A stretch of DNA of 64,000 nt from Eledone cirrhosa (lineage: Eukaryota), in NCBI GenBank assembly GCA_964016885.1, contig OZ024744.1, positions 126,356,001-126,420,000 on the forward strand. Reading direction: 5' to 3'. A program made the position numbers and the translations under genes. The notes under the pieces were generated by a model. That model worked only from the letters and a program-made list of their open reading frames with translations. It searched no databases and had not been told where the DNA came from. Each line of letters begins with the position of its first letter. Positions within the stretch are counted from its first letter, which is position 1. Positions 11,801 to 25,270 of this stretch are shown one piece after another.

Positions 11801-14800
11801 GTAGTAGCAAATATTCGAACGAGACATTCGTAGGCGAAAGAAAAATATCTCGGTGGTAGTAGCAAATATTCGAACGAGACATTCGTATTCGAAAGAACGT
11901 TTGTCTGGAAGTTGCGATCCATGCCCGGTGGATAGTTGGTTCCGGGTTTTACTATGATTGTTGCAAAACAGAAACTTAAAGGGATTGACAGAATTTGCGA
12001 TTCCGGAGAGGGGGCGATCCGTCTGCTTGATTCCGATAACGAACGAGACATTCGTATCCGAAAGAACGTTTGTCTGGAAACTGGTGAGTCAGTGAGTCGA
12101 AAAAAAAAATATCTCGGTGGTAGTAGCAAATATTCGAACGAGACATTCGTATGCGAAAGAACGTTTGTCGGTGGTAGTAGCAAATATTCGAACGAGACAT
12201 TCGTATGCGAAAGAACGTTTGTCGGTGGTAGTAGCAAATATTCGAACGAGACATTCGTATTCGAAAGAACGTTTGTCTGGAAGTGGCGATCCATGCCCGG
12301 TGGATAGTTGGTTCCGGGCTTTACTATGATTGTTGCAAAACAGAAACTTAAAGGGATTGACAGAATTTGCGATTCCGGAGAGGGGGCGATCCGTCTGCTT
12401 GATTTCGATAACGAACGAGACATTCGTATCCGAAAGAACGTTTGTCTGGAAACTGGTGAGTCAGTGAGTCGAAAAAAAAATATCTCGGTGGTAGTAGCAA
12501 ATATTCGAACGAGACATTCGTATGCGAAAGAACGTTTGTCGGTGGTAGTAGCAAATATTCGAACGAGACATTCGTATGCGAAAGAACGTTTGTCTGGAAG
12601 TGGCGATCCATGCCCGGTGGATAGTTGGTTCCGGGTTTTACTATGATTGTTGCAAAACAGAAACTTAAAGGGATTGACAGAATTTGCGATTACGGAGAGG
12701 GGGCGATCCGTCTGCTTGATTCCGATAACGAACGAGACATTCGTATCCGAAAGAACGTTTGTCTGGAAACTGGTGAGTCAGTGAGTCGAAAAAAAAAATA
12801 TCTCGGTGGTAGTAGCAAATATTCGAACGAGACATTCGTATGCGAAAGAACGTTTGTCGGTGGTAGTAGCAAATATTCGAACGAGACATTCGTATGCGAA
12901 AGAACGTTTGTCGGTGGTAGTAGCAAATATTCGAACGAGACATTCGTATGCGAAAGAACGTTTGTCTGGAAGTGGCGATCCATGCTCGGTGGATAGTTGG
13001 TTCCGGGTTTTACTATGATTGTTGCAAAACAGAAACTTAAAGGGATTGACAGAATTTGCGATTCCGGAGAGGGGGCGATCCGTCTGCTTGATTCCGATAA
13101 CGAACGAGACATTCGTATCCGAAAGAACGTTTGTCTGGAAACTGGTGAGTCAGTGAGTCGAAAAAAAAATATCTCGGTGGTAGTAGCAAATATTCGTATG
13201 CGAAAGAAAAGATCTCGGTGGTAGTAGCAAATATTCGAACGAGACATTCGTAGGCGAAAGAAAAATATCTCGGTGGTAGTAGCAAATATTCGAACGAGAC
13301 ATTCGTATTCGAAAGAACGTTTGTCTGGAAGTTGCGATCCATGCCCTGTGGATAGTTGGTTCCGGGTTTTACTATGATTGTTGCAAAACAGAAACTTAAA
13401 GGGATTGACAGAATTTGCGATTCCGGAGAGGGGGCAATCCGTCTGCTTGATTCCGATAACGAACGAGATATTCGTATCCGAAAGAACGTTTGTCTGGAAA
13501 CTGGTGAGTCAGTGAGTCGAAAAAAAAAATATCTCGGTGGTAGTAGCAAATATTCGAACGAGACATTCGTATGCGAAAGAACGTGTGTCGGTGGTAGTAG
13601 CAAATATTCGAACGAGACATTCGTATGCGAAAGAACGTTTGTCTGGAAGTGGCGATCCATGCTCGGTGGATAGTTGGTTCCGGGTTTTACTATGATTGTT
13701 GCAAAACAGAAACTTAAAGGGATTGACAGAATTTGCGATTCCGGAGAGGGGGCGATCCGTCTGCTTGATTCCGATAACGAACGAGACATTCGTATCCGAA
13801 AGAACGTTTGTCTGGAAACTGGTGAGTCAGTGAGTCGAAAAAAAAATATCTCGGTGGTAGTAGCAAATATTCGAACGAGACATTCGTATGCGAAAGAACG
13901 TTTGTCGGTGGTAGTAGCAAATATTCGAACGAGACATTCGTATGCGAAAGAACGTTTGTCGGTGGTAGTAGCAAATATTCGAACGAGACATTCGTATGCG
14001 AAAGAACGTTTGTCTGGAAACTGGTGAGTCAGTGAGTCGAAAAAAAAATATCTCGGTGGTAGTAGCAAATATTCGAACGAGACATTCGTATGCGAAAGAA
14101 AAATATCTCGGTGGTAGTAGCAAATATTCGAACGAGACATTCGTATGCGAAAGAACGTTTGTCTGGAAGTGGCGATCCATGCCCGGTGGATAGTTGGTTC
14201 CGGGTTTTACTATGATTGTTGCAAAACAGAAACTTAAAGGGATTGACAGAATTTGCGATTCCGGAGAGGGGGCGATCCGTCTGCTTGATTCCGATAACGA
14301 ACGAGACATTCGTATCCGAAAGAACGTTTGTCTGGAAACTGGTGAGTCAGTGAGTCGAAAAAAAAATATCTCGGTGGTAGTAGCAAATATTCGAACGAGA
14401 CATTCGTATGCGAAAGAACGTTTGTCGGTGGTAGTAGCAAATATTCGAACGAGACATTCGTATGCGAAAGAACGTTTGTCTGGAAGTGGCGATCCATGCC
14501 CGGTGGATAGTTGGTTCCGGGTTTTACTATGATTGTTGCAAAACAGAAACTTAAAGGGATTGACAGAATTTGCGATTCCGGAGAGGGGGCGATCCGTCTG
14601 CTTGATTCCGATAACGAACGAGACATTCGTATCCGAAAGAACGTTTGTCTGGAAACTGGTGAGTCAGTGAGTCGAAAAAAAAATATCTCGGTGGTAGTAG
14701 CAAATATTCGAACGAGACATTCGTATGCGAAAGAACGTTTGTCGGTGGTAGTAGCAAATATTCGAACGAGACATTCGTATGCGAAAGAACGTTTGTCTGG

Positions 14801-17800
14801 AAGTGGCGATCCATGCCCGGTGGATAGTTGGTTCCGGGTTTTACTATGATTGTTGCAAAACAGAAACTTAAAGGGATTGACAGAATTTGCGATTACGGAG
14901 AGGGGGCGATCCGTCTGCTTGATTCCGATAACGAACGAGACATTCGTATCCGAAAGAACGTTTGTCTGGAAACTGGTGAGTCAGTGAGTCGAAAAAAAAA
15001 TATCTCGGTGGTAGTAGCAAATATTCGTATGCGAAAGAAAAGATCTCGGTGGTAGTAGCAAATATTCGAACGAGACATTCGTAGGCGAAAGAAAAATATC
15101 TCGGTGGTAGTAGCAAATATTCGAACGAGACATTCGTATTCGAAAGAACGTTTGTCTGGAAGTTGCGATCCATGCCCGGTGGATAGTTGGTTCCGGGTTT
15201 TACTATGATTGTTGCAAAACAGAAACTTAAAGGGATTGACAGAATTTGCGATTCCGGAGAGGGGGCGATCCGTCTGCTTGATTCCGATAACGAACGAGAC
15301 ATTCGTATCCGAAAGAACGTTTGTCTGGAAACTGGTGAGTCAGTGAGTCGAAAAAAAAAATATCTCGGTGGTAGTAGCAAATATTCGAACGAGACATTCG
15401 TATGCGAAAGAACGTTTGTCGGTGGTAGTAGCAAATATTCGAACGAGACATTCGTATGCGAAAGAACGTTTGTCGGTGGTAGTAGCAAATATTCGAACGA
15501 GACATTCGTATTCGAAAGAACGTTTGTCTGGAAGTGGCGATCCATGCCCGGTGGATAGTTGGTTCCGGGCTTTACTATGATTGTTGCAAAACAGAAACTT
15601 AAAGGGATTGACAGAATTTGCGATTCCGGAGAGGGGGCGATCCGTCTGCTTGATTTCGATAACGAACGAGACATTCGTATCCGAAAGAACGTTTGTCTGG
15701 AAACTGGTGAGTCAGTGAGTCGAAAAAAAAATATCTCGGTGGTAGTAGCAAATATTCGTATGCGAAAGAAAAGATCTCGGTGGTAGTAGCAAATATTCGA
15801 ACGAGACATTCGTAGGCGAAAGAAAAATATCTCGGTGGTAGTAGCAAATATTCGAACGAGACATTCGTATTCGAAAGAACGTTTGTCTGGAAGTTGCGAT
15901 CCATGCCCGGTGGATAGTTGGTTCCGGGTTTTACTATGATTGTTGCAAAACAGAAACTTAAAGGGATTGACAGAATTTGCGATTCCGGAGAGGGGGCGAT
16001 CCGTCTGCTTGATTCCGATAACGAACGAGACATTCGTATCCGAAAGAACGTTTGTCTGGAAACTGGTGAGTCAGTGAGTCGAAAAAAAAAATATCTCGGT
16101 GGTAGTAGCAAATATTCGAACGAGACATTCGTATGCGAAAGAACGTTTGTCGGTGGTAGTAGCAAATATTCGAACGAGACATTCGTATGCGAAAGAACGT
16201 TTGTCGGTGGTAGTAGCAAATATTCGAACGAGACATTCGTATTCGAAAGAACGTTTGTCTGGAAGTGGCGATCCATGCCCGGTGGATAGTTGGTTCCGGG
16301 CTTTACTATGATTGTTGCAAAACAGAAACTTAAAGGGATTGACAGAATTTGCGATTCCGGAGAGGGGGCGATCCGTCTGCTTGATTCCGATAACGAACGA
16401 GACATTCGTATCCGAAAGAACGTTTGTCTGGAAACTGGTGAGTCAGTGAGTCGAAAAAAAAATATCTCGGTGGTAGTAGCAAATATTCGTATGCGAAAGA
16501 AAAGATCTCGGTGGTAGTAGCAAATATTCGAACGAGACATTCGTAGGCGAAAGAAAAATATCTCGGTGGTAGTAGCAAATATTCGAACGAGACATTCGTA
16601 TTCGAAAGAACGTTTGTCTGGAAGTTGCGATCCATGCCCTGTGGATAGTTGGTTCCGGGTTTTACTATGATTGTTGCAAAACAGAAACTTAAAGGGATTG
16701 ACAGAATTTGCGATTCCGGAGAGGGGGCAATCCGTCTGCTTGATTCCGATAACGAACGAGATATTCGTATCCGAAAGAACGTTTGTCTGGAAACTGGTGA
16801 GTCAGTGAGTCGAAAAAAAAAATATCTCGGTGGTAGTAGCAAATATTCGAACGAGACATTCGTATGCGAAAGAACGTGTGTCGGTGGTAGTAGCAAATAT
16901 TCGAACGAGACATTCGTATGCGAAAGAACGTTTGTCTGGAAGTGGCGATCCATGCTCGGTGGATAGTTGGTTCCGGGTTTTACTATGATTGTTGCAAAAC
17001 AGAAACTTAAAGGGATTGACAGAATTTGCGATTCCGGAGAGGGGGCGATCCGTCTGCTTGATTCCGATAACGAACGAGACATTCGTATCCGAAAGAACGT
17101 TTGTCTGGAAACTGGTGAGTCAGTGAGTCGAAAAAAAAATATCTCGGTGGTAGTAGCAAATATTCGAACGAGACATTCGTATGCGAAAGAACGTTTGTCG
17201 GTGGTAGTAGCAAATATTCGAACGAGACATTCGTATGCGAAAGAACGTTTGTCGGTGGTAGTAGCAAATATTCGAACGAGACATTCGTATGCGAAAGAAC
17301 GTTTGTCTGGAAACTGGTGAGTCAGTGAGTCGAAAAAAAAATATCTCGGTGGTAGTAGCAAATATTCGAACGAGACATTCGTATGCGAAAGAAAAATATC
17401 TCGGTGGTAGTAGCAAATATTCGAACGAGACATTCGTATGCGAAAGAACGTTTGTCTGGAAGTGGCGATCCATGCCCGGTGGATAGTTGGTTCCGGGTTT
17501 TACTATGATTGTTGCAAAACAGAAACTTAAAGGGATTGACAGAATTTGCGATTCCGGAGAGGGGGCGATCCGTCTGCTTGATTCCGATAACGAACGAGAC
17601 ATTCGTATCCGAAAGAACGTTTGTCTGGAAACTGGTGAGTCAGTGAGTCGAAAAAAAAATATCTCGGTGGTAGTAGCAAATATTCGAACGAGACATTCGT
17701 ATGCGAAAGAACGTTTGTCGGTGGTAGTAGCAAATATTCGAACGAGACATTCGTATGCGAAAGAACGTTTGTCTGGAAGTGGCGATCCATGCCCGGTGGA

Positions 17801-20800
17801 TAGTTGGTTCCGGGTTTTACTATGATTGTTGCAAAACAGAAACTTAAAGGGATTGACAGAATTTGCGATTCCGGAGAGGGGGCGATCCGTCTGCTTGATT
17901 CCGATAACGAACGAGACATTCGTATCCGAAAGAACGTTTGTCTGGAAACTGGTGAGTCAGTGAGTCGAAAAAAAAATATCTCGGTGGTAGTAGCAAATAT
18001 TCGAACGAGACATTCGTATGCGAAAGAACGTTTGTCGGTGGTAGTAGCAAATATTCGAACGAGACATTCGTATGCGAAAGAACGTTTGTCTGGAAGTGGC
18101 GATCCATGCCCGGTGGATAGTTGGTTCCGGGTTTTACTATGATTGTTGCAAAACAGAAACTTAAAGGGATTGACAGAATTTGCGATTACGGAGAGGGGGC
18201 GATCCGTCTGCTTGATTCCGATAACGAACGAGACATTCGTATCCGAAAGAACGTTTGTCTGGAAACTGGTGAGTCAGTGAGTCGAAAAAAAAATATCTCG
18301 GTGGTAGTAGCAAATATTCGTATGCGAAAGAAAAGATCTCGGTGGTAGTAGCAAATATTCGAACGAGACATTCGTAGGCGAAAGAAAAATATCTCGGTGG
18401 TAGTAGCAAATATTCGAACGAGACATTCGTATTCGAAAGAACGTTTGTCTGGAAGTTGCGATCCATGCCCGGTGGATAGTTGGTTCCGGGTTTTACTATG
18501 ATTGTTGCAAAACAGAAACTTAAAGGGATTGACAGAATTTGCGATTCCGGAGAGGGGGCGATCCGTCTGCTTGATTCCGATAACGAACGAGACATTCGTA
18601 TCCGAAAGAACGTTTGTCTGGAAACTGGTGAGTCAGTGAGTCGAAAAAAAAAATATCTCGGTGGTAGTAGCAAATATTCGAACGAGACATTCGTATGCGA
18701 AAGAACGTTTGTCGGTGGTAGTAGCAAATATTCGAACGAGACATTCGTATGCGAAAGAACGTTTGTCGGTGGTAGTAGCAAATATTCGAACGAGACATTC
18801 GTATTCGAAAGAACGTTTGTCTGGAAGTGGCGATCCATGCCCGGTGGATAGTTGGTTCCGGGCTTTACTATGATTGTTGCAAAACAGAAACTTAAAGGGA
18901 TTGACAGAATTTGCGATTCCGGAGAGGGGGCGATCCGTCTGCTTGATTTCGATAACGAACGAGACATTCGTATCCGAAAGAACGTTTGTCTGGAAACTGG
19001 TGAGTCAGTGAGTCGAAAAAAAAATATCTCGGTGGTAGTAGCAAATATTCGAACGAGACATTCGTATGCGAAAGAACGTTTGTCGGTGGTAGTAGCAAAT
19101 ATTCGAACGAGACATTCGTATGCGAAAGAACGTTTGTCTGGAAGTGGCGATCCATGCCCGGTGGATAGTTGGTTCCGGGTTTTACTATGATTGTTGCAAA
19201 ACAGAAACTTAAAGGGATTGACAGAATTTGCGATTACGGAGAGGGGGCGATCCGTCTGCTTGATTCCGATAACGAACGAGACATTCGTATCCGAAAGAAC
19301 GTTTGTCTGGAAACTGGTGAGTCAGTGAGTCGAAAAAAAAAATATCTCGGTGGTAGTAGCAAATATTCGAACGAGACATTCGTATGCGAAAGAACGTTTG
19401 TCGGTGGTAGTAGCAAATATTCGAACGAGACATTCGTATGCGAAAGAACGTTTGTCGGTGGTAGTAGCAAATATTCGAACGAGACATTCGTATGCGAAAG
19501 AACGTTTGTCTGGAAGTGGCGATCCATGCTCGGTGGATAGTTGGTTCCGGGTTTTACTATGATTGTTGCAAAACAGAAACTTAAAGGGATTGACAGAATT
19601 TGCGATTCCGGAGAGGGGGCGATCCGTCTGCTTGATTCCGATAACGAACGAGACATTCGTATCCGAAAGAACGTTTGTCTGGAAACTGGTGAGTCAGTGA
19701 GTCGAAAAAAAAATATCTCGGTGGTAGTAGCAAATATTCGTATGCGAAAGAAAAGATCTCGGTGGTAGTAGCAAATATTCGAACGAGACATTCGTAGGCG
19801 AAAGAAAAATATCTCGGTGGTAGTAGCAAATATTCGAACGAGACATTCGTATTCGAAAGAACGTTTGTCTGGAAGTTGCGATCCATGCCCTGTGGATAGT
19901 TGGTTCCGGGTTTTACTATGATTGTTGCAAAACAGAAACTTAAAGGGATTGACAGAATTTGCGATTCCGGAGAGGGGGCAATCCGTCTGCTTGATTCCGA
20001 TAACGAACGAGATATTCGTATCCGAAAGAACGTTTGTCTGGAAACTGGTGAGTCAGTGAGTCGAAAAAAAAAATATCTCGGTGGTAGTAGCAAATATTCG
20101 AACGAGACATTCGTATGCGAAAGAACGTGTGTCGGTGGTAGTAGCAAATATTCGAACGAGACATTCGTATGCGAAAGAACGTTTGTCTGGAAGTGGCGAT
20201 CCATGCTCGGTGGATAGTTGGTTCCGGGTTTTACTATGATTGTTGCAAAACAGAAACTTAAAGGGATTGACAGAATTTGCGATTCCGGAGAGGGGGCGAT
20301 CCGTCTGCTTGATTCCGATAACGAACGAGACATTCGTATCCGAAAGAACGTTTGTCTGGAAACTGGTGAGTCAGTGAGTCGAAAAAAAAATATCTCGGTG
20401 GTAGTAGCAAATATTCGAACGAGACATTCGTATGCGAAAGAACGTTTGTCGGTGGTAGTAGCAAATATTCGAACGAGACATTCGTATGCGAAAGAACGTT
20501 TGTCGGTGGTAGTAGCAAATATTCGAACGAGACATTCGTATGCGAAAGAACGTTTGTCTGGAAACTGGTGAGTCAGTGAGTCGAAAAAAAAATATCTCGG
20601 TGGTAGTAGCAAATATTCGAACGAGACATTCGTATGCGAAAGAAAAATATCTCGGTGGTAGTAGCAAATATTCGAACGAGACATTCGTATGCGAAAGAAC
20701 GTTTGTCTGGAAGTGGCGATCCATGCCCGGTGGATAGTTGGTTCCGGGTTTTACTATGATTGTTGCAAAACAGAAACTTAAAGGGATTGACAGAATTTGC

Positions 20801-23800
20801 GATTCCGGAGAGGGGGCGATCCGTCTGCTTGATTCCGATAACGAACGAGACATTCGTATCCGAAAGAACGTTTGTCTGGAAACTGGTGAGTCAGTGAGTC
20901 GAAAAAAAAATATCTCGGTGGTAGTAGCAAATATTCGAACGAGACATTCGTATGCGAAAGAACGTTTGTCGGTGGTAGTAGCAAATATTCGAACGAGACA
21001 TTCGTATGCGAAAGAACGTTTGTCTGGAAGTGGCGATCCATGCCCGGTGGATAGTTGGTTCCGGGTTTTACTATGATTGTTGCAAAACAGAAACTTAAAG
21101 GGATTGACAGAATTTGCGATTCCGGAGAGGGGGCGATCCGTCTGCTTGATTCCGATAACGAACGAGACATTCGTATCCGAAAGAACGTTTGTCTGGAAAC
21201 TGGTGAGTCAGTGAGTCGAAAAAAAAATATCTCGGTGGTAGTAGCAAATATTCGAACGAGACATTCGTATGCGAAAGAACGTTTGTCGGTGGTAGTAGCA
21301 AATATTCGAACGAGACATTCGTATGCGAAAGAACGTTTGTCTGGAAGTGGCGATCCATGCCCGGTGGATAGTTGGTTCCGGGTTTTACTATGATTGTTGC
21401 AAAACAGAAACTTAAAGGGATTGACAGAATTTGCGATTACGGAGAGGGGGCGATCCGTCTGCTTGATTCCGATAACGAACGAGACATTCGTATCCGAAAG
21501 AACGTTTGTCTGGAAACTGGTGAGTCAGTGAGTCGAAAAAAAAATATCTCGGTGGTAGTAGCAAATATTCGTATGCGAAAGAAAAGATCTCGGTGGTAGT
21601 AGCAAATATTCGAACGAGACATTCGTAGGCGAAAGAAAAATATCTCGGTGGTAGTAGCAAATATTCGAACGAGACATTCGTATTCGAAAGAACGTTTGTC
21701 TGGAAGTTGCGATCCATGCCCGGTGGATAGTTGGTTCCGGGTTTTACTATGATTGTTGCAAAACAGAAACTTAAAGGGATTGACAGAATTTGCGATTCCG
21801 GAGAGGGGGCGATCCGTCTGCTTGATTCCGATAACGAACGAGACATTCGTATCCGAAAGAACGTTTGTCTGGAAACTGGTGAGTCAGTGAGTCGAAAAAA
21901 AAAATATCTCGGTGGTAGTAGCAAATATTCGAACGAGACATTCGTATGCGAAAGAACGTTTGTCGGTGGTAGTAGCAAATATTCGAACGAGACATTCGTA
22001 TGCGAAAGAACGTTTGTCGGTGGTAGTAGCAAATATTCGAACGAGACATTCGTATTCGAAAGAACGTTTGTCTGGAAGTGGCGATCCATGCCCGGTGGAT
22101 AGTTGGTTCCGGGCTTTACTATGATTGTTGCAAAACAGAAACTTAAAGGGATTGACAGAATTTGCGATTCCGGAGAGGGGGCGATCCGTCTGCTTGATTT
22201 CGATAACGAACGAGACATTCGTATCCGAAAGAACGTTTGTCTGGAAACTGGTGAGTCAGTGAGTCGAAAAAAAAAATATCTCGGTGGTAGTAGCAAATAT
22301 TCGAACGAGACATTCGTATGCGAAAGAACGTTTGTCGGTGGTAGTAGCAAATATTCGAACGAGACATTCGTATGCGAAAGAACGTTTGTCGGTGGTAGTA
22401 GCAAATATTCGAACGAGACATTCGTATGCGAAAGAACGTTTGTCGGTGGTAGTAGCAAATATTCGAACGAGACATTCGTATGCGAAAGAACGTTTGTCTG
22501 GAAGTGGCGATCCATGCCCGGTGGATAGTTGGTTCCGGGTTTTACTATGATTGTTGCAAAACAGAAACTTAAAGGGATTGACAGAATTTGCGATTCCGGA
22601 GAGGGGGCGATCCGTCTGCTTGATTCCGATAACGAACGAGACATTCGTATCCGAAAGAACGTTTGTCTGGAAACTGGTGAGTCAGTGAGTCGAAAAAAAA
22701 AATATCTCGGTGGTAGTAGCAAATATTCGAACGAGACATTCGTATGCGAAAGAACGTTTGTCGGTGGTAGTAGCAAATATTCGAACGAGACATTCGTATG
22801 CGAAAGAACGTTTGTCGGTGGTAGTAGCAAATATTCGAACGAGACATTCGTATGCGAAAGAACGTTTGTCTGGAAGTGGCGATCCATGCCCGGTGGATAG
22901 TTGGTTCCGGGTTTTACTATGATTGTTGCAAAACAGAAACTTAAAGGGATTGACAGAATTTGCGATTCCGGAGAGAGGGCGATCCGTCTGCTTGATTCCG
23001 ATAACGAACGAGACATTCGTATCCGAGAGAACGTTTGTCTGGAAACTGGTGAGTCAGTGAGTCGAAAAAAAAATATCTCGGTGGTAGTAGCAAATATTCG
23101 AACGAGACATTCGTATGCGAAAGAAAAATATCTCGGTGGTAGTAGCAAATATTCGAACGAGACATTCGTATGCGAAAGAACGTTTGTCTGGAAGTGGCGA
23201 TCCATGCCCGGTGGATAGTTGGTTCCGGGTTTTACTATGATTGTTGCAAAACAGAAACTTAAAGGGATTGACAGAATTTGCCATTCCGGAGAGGGGGCGA
23301 TCCGTCTGCTTGATTCCGATAACGAACGAGACATTCGTATCCGAAAGAACGTTTGTCTGGAAACTGGTGAGTCAGTGAGTCGAAAAAAAAATATCTCGGT
23401 GGTAGTAGCAAATATTCGAACGAGACATTCGTATGCGAAAGAACGTTTGTCTGGAAGTGGCGATCCATGCTCGGTGGATAGTTGGTTCCGGGTTTTACTA
23501 TGATTGTTGCAAAACAGAAACTTAAAGGGATTGACAGAATTTGCGATTCCGGAGAGGGGGCGATCCGTCTGCTTGATTCCGATAACGAACGAGACATTCG
23601 TATCCGAAAGAACGTTTGTCTGGAAACTGGTGAGTCAGTGAGTCGAAAAAAAAATATCTCGGTGGTAGTAGCAAATATTCGTATGCGAAAGAAAAGATCT
23701 CGGTGGTAGTAGCAAATATTCGAACGAGACATTCGTAGGCGAAAGAAAAATATCTCGGTGGTAGTAGCAAATATTCGAACGAGACATTCGTATTCGAAAG

Positions 23801-24895
23801 AACGTTTGTCTGGAAGTTGCGATCCATGCCCGGTGGATAGTTGGTTCCGGGCTTTACTATGATTGTTGCAAAACAGAAACTTAAAGGGATTGACAGAATT
23901 TGCGATTCCGGAGAGGGGGCGATCCGTCTGCTTGATTTCGATAACGAACGAGACATTCGTATCCGAAAGAACGTTTGTCTGGAAACTGGTGAGTCAGTGA
24001 GTCGAAAAAAAAAATATCTCGGTGGTAGTAGCAAATATTCGAACGAGACATTCGTATGCGAAAGAACGTTTGTCGGTGGTAGTAGCAAATATTCGAACGA
24101 GACATTCGTATGCGAAAGAACGTTTGTCGGTGGTAGTAGCAAATATTCGAACGAGACATTCGTATGCGAAATAACGTTTGTCTGGAAGTGGCGATCCATG
24201 CCCGGTGGATAGTTGGTTCCGGGTTTTACTATGATTGTTGCAAAACAGAAACTTAAAGGGATTGACAGAATTTGCGATTCCAGAGAGAGGGCGATCCGTC
24301 TGCTTGATTCCGATAACGAACGAGACATTCGTATCCGAAAGAACGTTTGTCTGGAAACTGGTGAGTCAGTGAGTCGAAAAAAAAATATCTCGGTGGTAGT
24401 AGCAAATATTCGAACGAGACATTCGTATGCGAAAGAACGTTTGTCTGGAAGTGGCGATCCATGCTCGGTGGATAGTTGGTTCCGGGTTTTACTATGATTG
24501 TTGCAAAACAGAAACTTAAAGGGATTGACAGAATTTGCGATTCCGGAGAGGGGGCGATCCGTCTGCTTGATTCCGATAACGAACGAGACATTCGTATCCG
24601 AAAGAACGTTTGTCTGGAAACTGGTGAGTCAGTGAGTCGAAAAAAAAATATCTCGGTGGTAGTAGCAAATATTCGTATGCGAAAGAAAAGATCTCGGTGG
24701 TAGTAGCAAATATTCGAACGAGACATTCGTATGCGAAAGAAAAATATCTCGGTGGTAGTAGCAAATATTCGAACGAGACATTCGTATTCGAAAGAACGTT
24801 TGTCTGGAAGTTGCGATCCATGCCCGGTGGATAGTTGGTTCCGGGCTTTACTATGATTGTTGCAAAACAGAAACTTAAAGGAATTGACAGAATTT
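5881..24895 (+). repeat. rRNA-derived mosaic satellite: ~53 monomers of 263-520 bp with a variable-number 54-bp subrepeat and higher-order repeats
   Basis: Monomer starts (ttggttccggg) at 6191, 6495, 6812, 7184 and so on to 24476 and 24835. 18S-like pieces: ggttccggg..tatg..gttgcaaaacagaaacttaaagggattgacagaa, gattccggagagggggc, gtctgcttgattccgataacgaacgagac. 28S-like piece: atctcggtggtagtagcaaatattcgaacgaga (LR7 primer region). Confidence 0.92.
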
Positions 24896-24914
24896 TCGAA
24901 TCGACATCAACTCG

Positions 24915-25270
24915 GCTACGGCTATCCCGTCGAGTACGAGAGTATCGCGGGATCAGAGCAACGGTTTGCTAGGCTGCCTCTGAGCGATAACGGCTGAACG
25001 CCTCCTCTAAGCCGGAACCCTAGCCGGACCCGAGTTGTTTTTCGACAAGCGTCTCGACCTTCTTAAGGCCCATGCCTTAGTTTGGCGATTGCCGTCCGTT
25101 CGCCGACGGCGGCAGCGTCAGCGGAAATGCCATTCTGTGACGACTACGACGATTCGTCGTCGTCCATTCGATTTCCTGAAAGAGATAGAGACTAAAGTGA
25201 TCAAATTGTTCGGAGTTACGTGCTTAGTAGAGCAGCTACCACACTGCAATCTATTGAGAGTTTTCTGACG
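24915..25270 (+). pseudogene. 28S rRNA: 28S rRNA 3'-terminal fragment, internally deleted or diverged
   Basis: In correct order: sarcin-ricin loop core agtacgagag (24933-24942); gataacggctgaacgcctcctctaagccggaaccc (LR12 region, ~24986-25020); gtagagcagctaccacactgcaatctattgagagt (25227-25261), matching the 28S terminus gcagagcagctccctcgctgcgatctattgaaagt. Confidence 0.8.

Noticed and set aside
5998-24800. CRISPR-like repeat-spacer appearance of the 54-bp subrepeat
   Set aside because: Intervening sequences are identical rather than unique spacers, there are no cas genes, and the context is eukaryotic.
5744-24821. Hundreds of ORFs in the rRNA satellite, up to 640 aa (21412-23334, minus strand)
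   Set aside because: They are by-products of stop-poor tandem repeats. Frames shift with poly-A length, there are no domains, and the DNA is rRNA-derived.
24910-24990. Possible 5.8S 3' end (ggctacg...gcctctgagcg)
   Set aside because: Better explained as the 28S segment between the sarcin-ricin loop and the ctgaacgcctctaag motif, with which it is colinear.
5694-25270. Functional 18S/5.8S/28S rRNA genes
   Set aside because: Only ~185 nt of contiguous 18S and ~350 nt of the 28S end remain. The rest is fragmentary and out of order.
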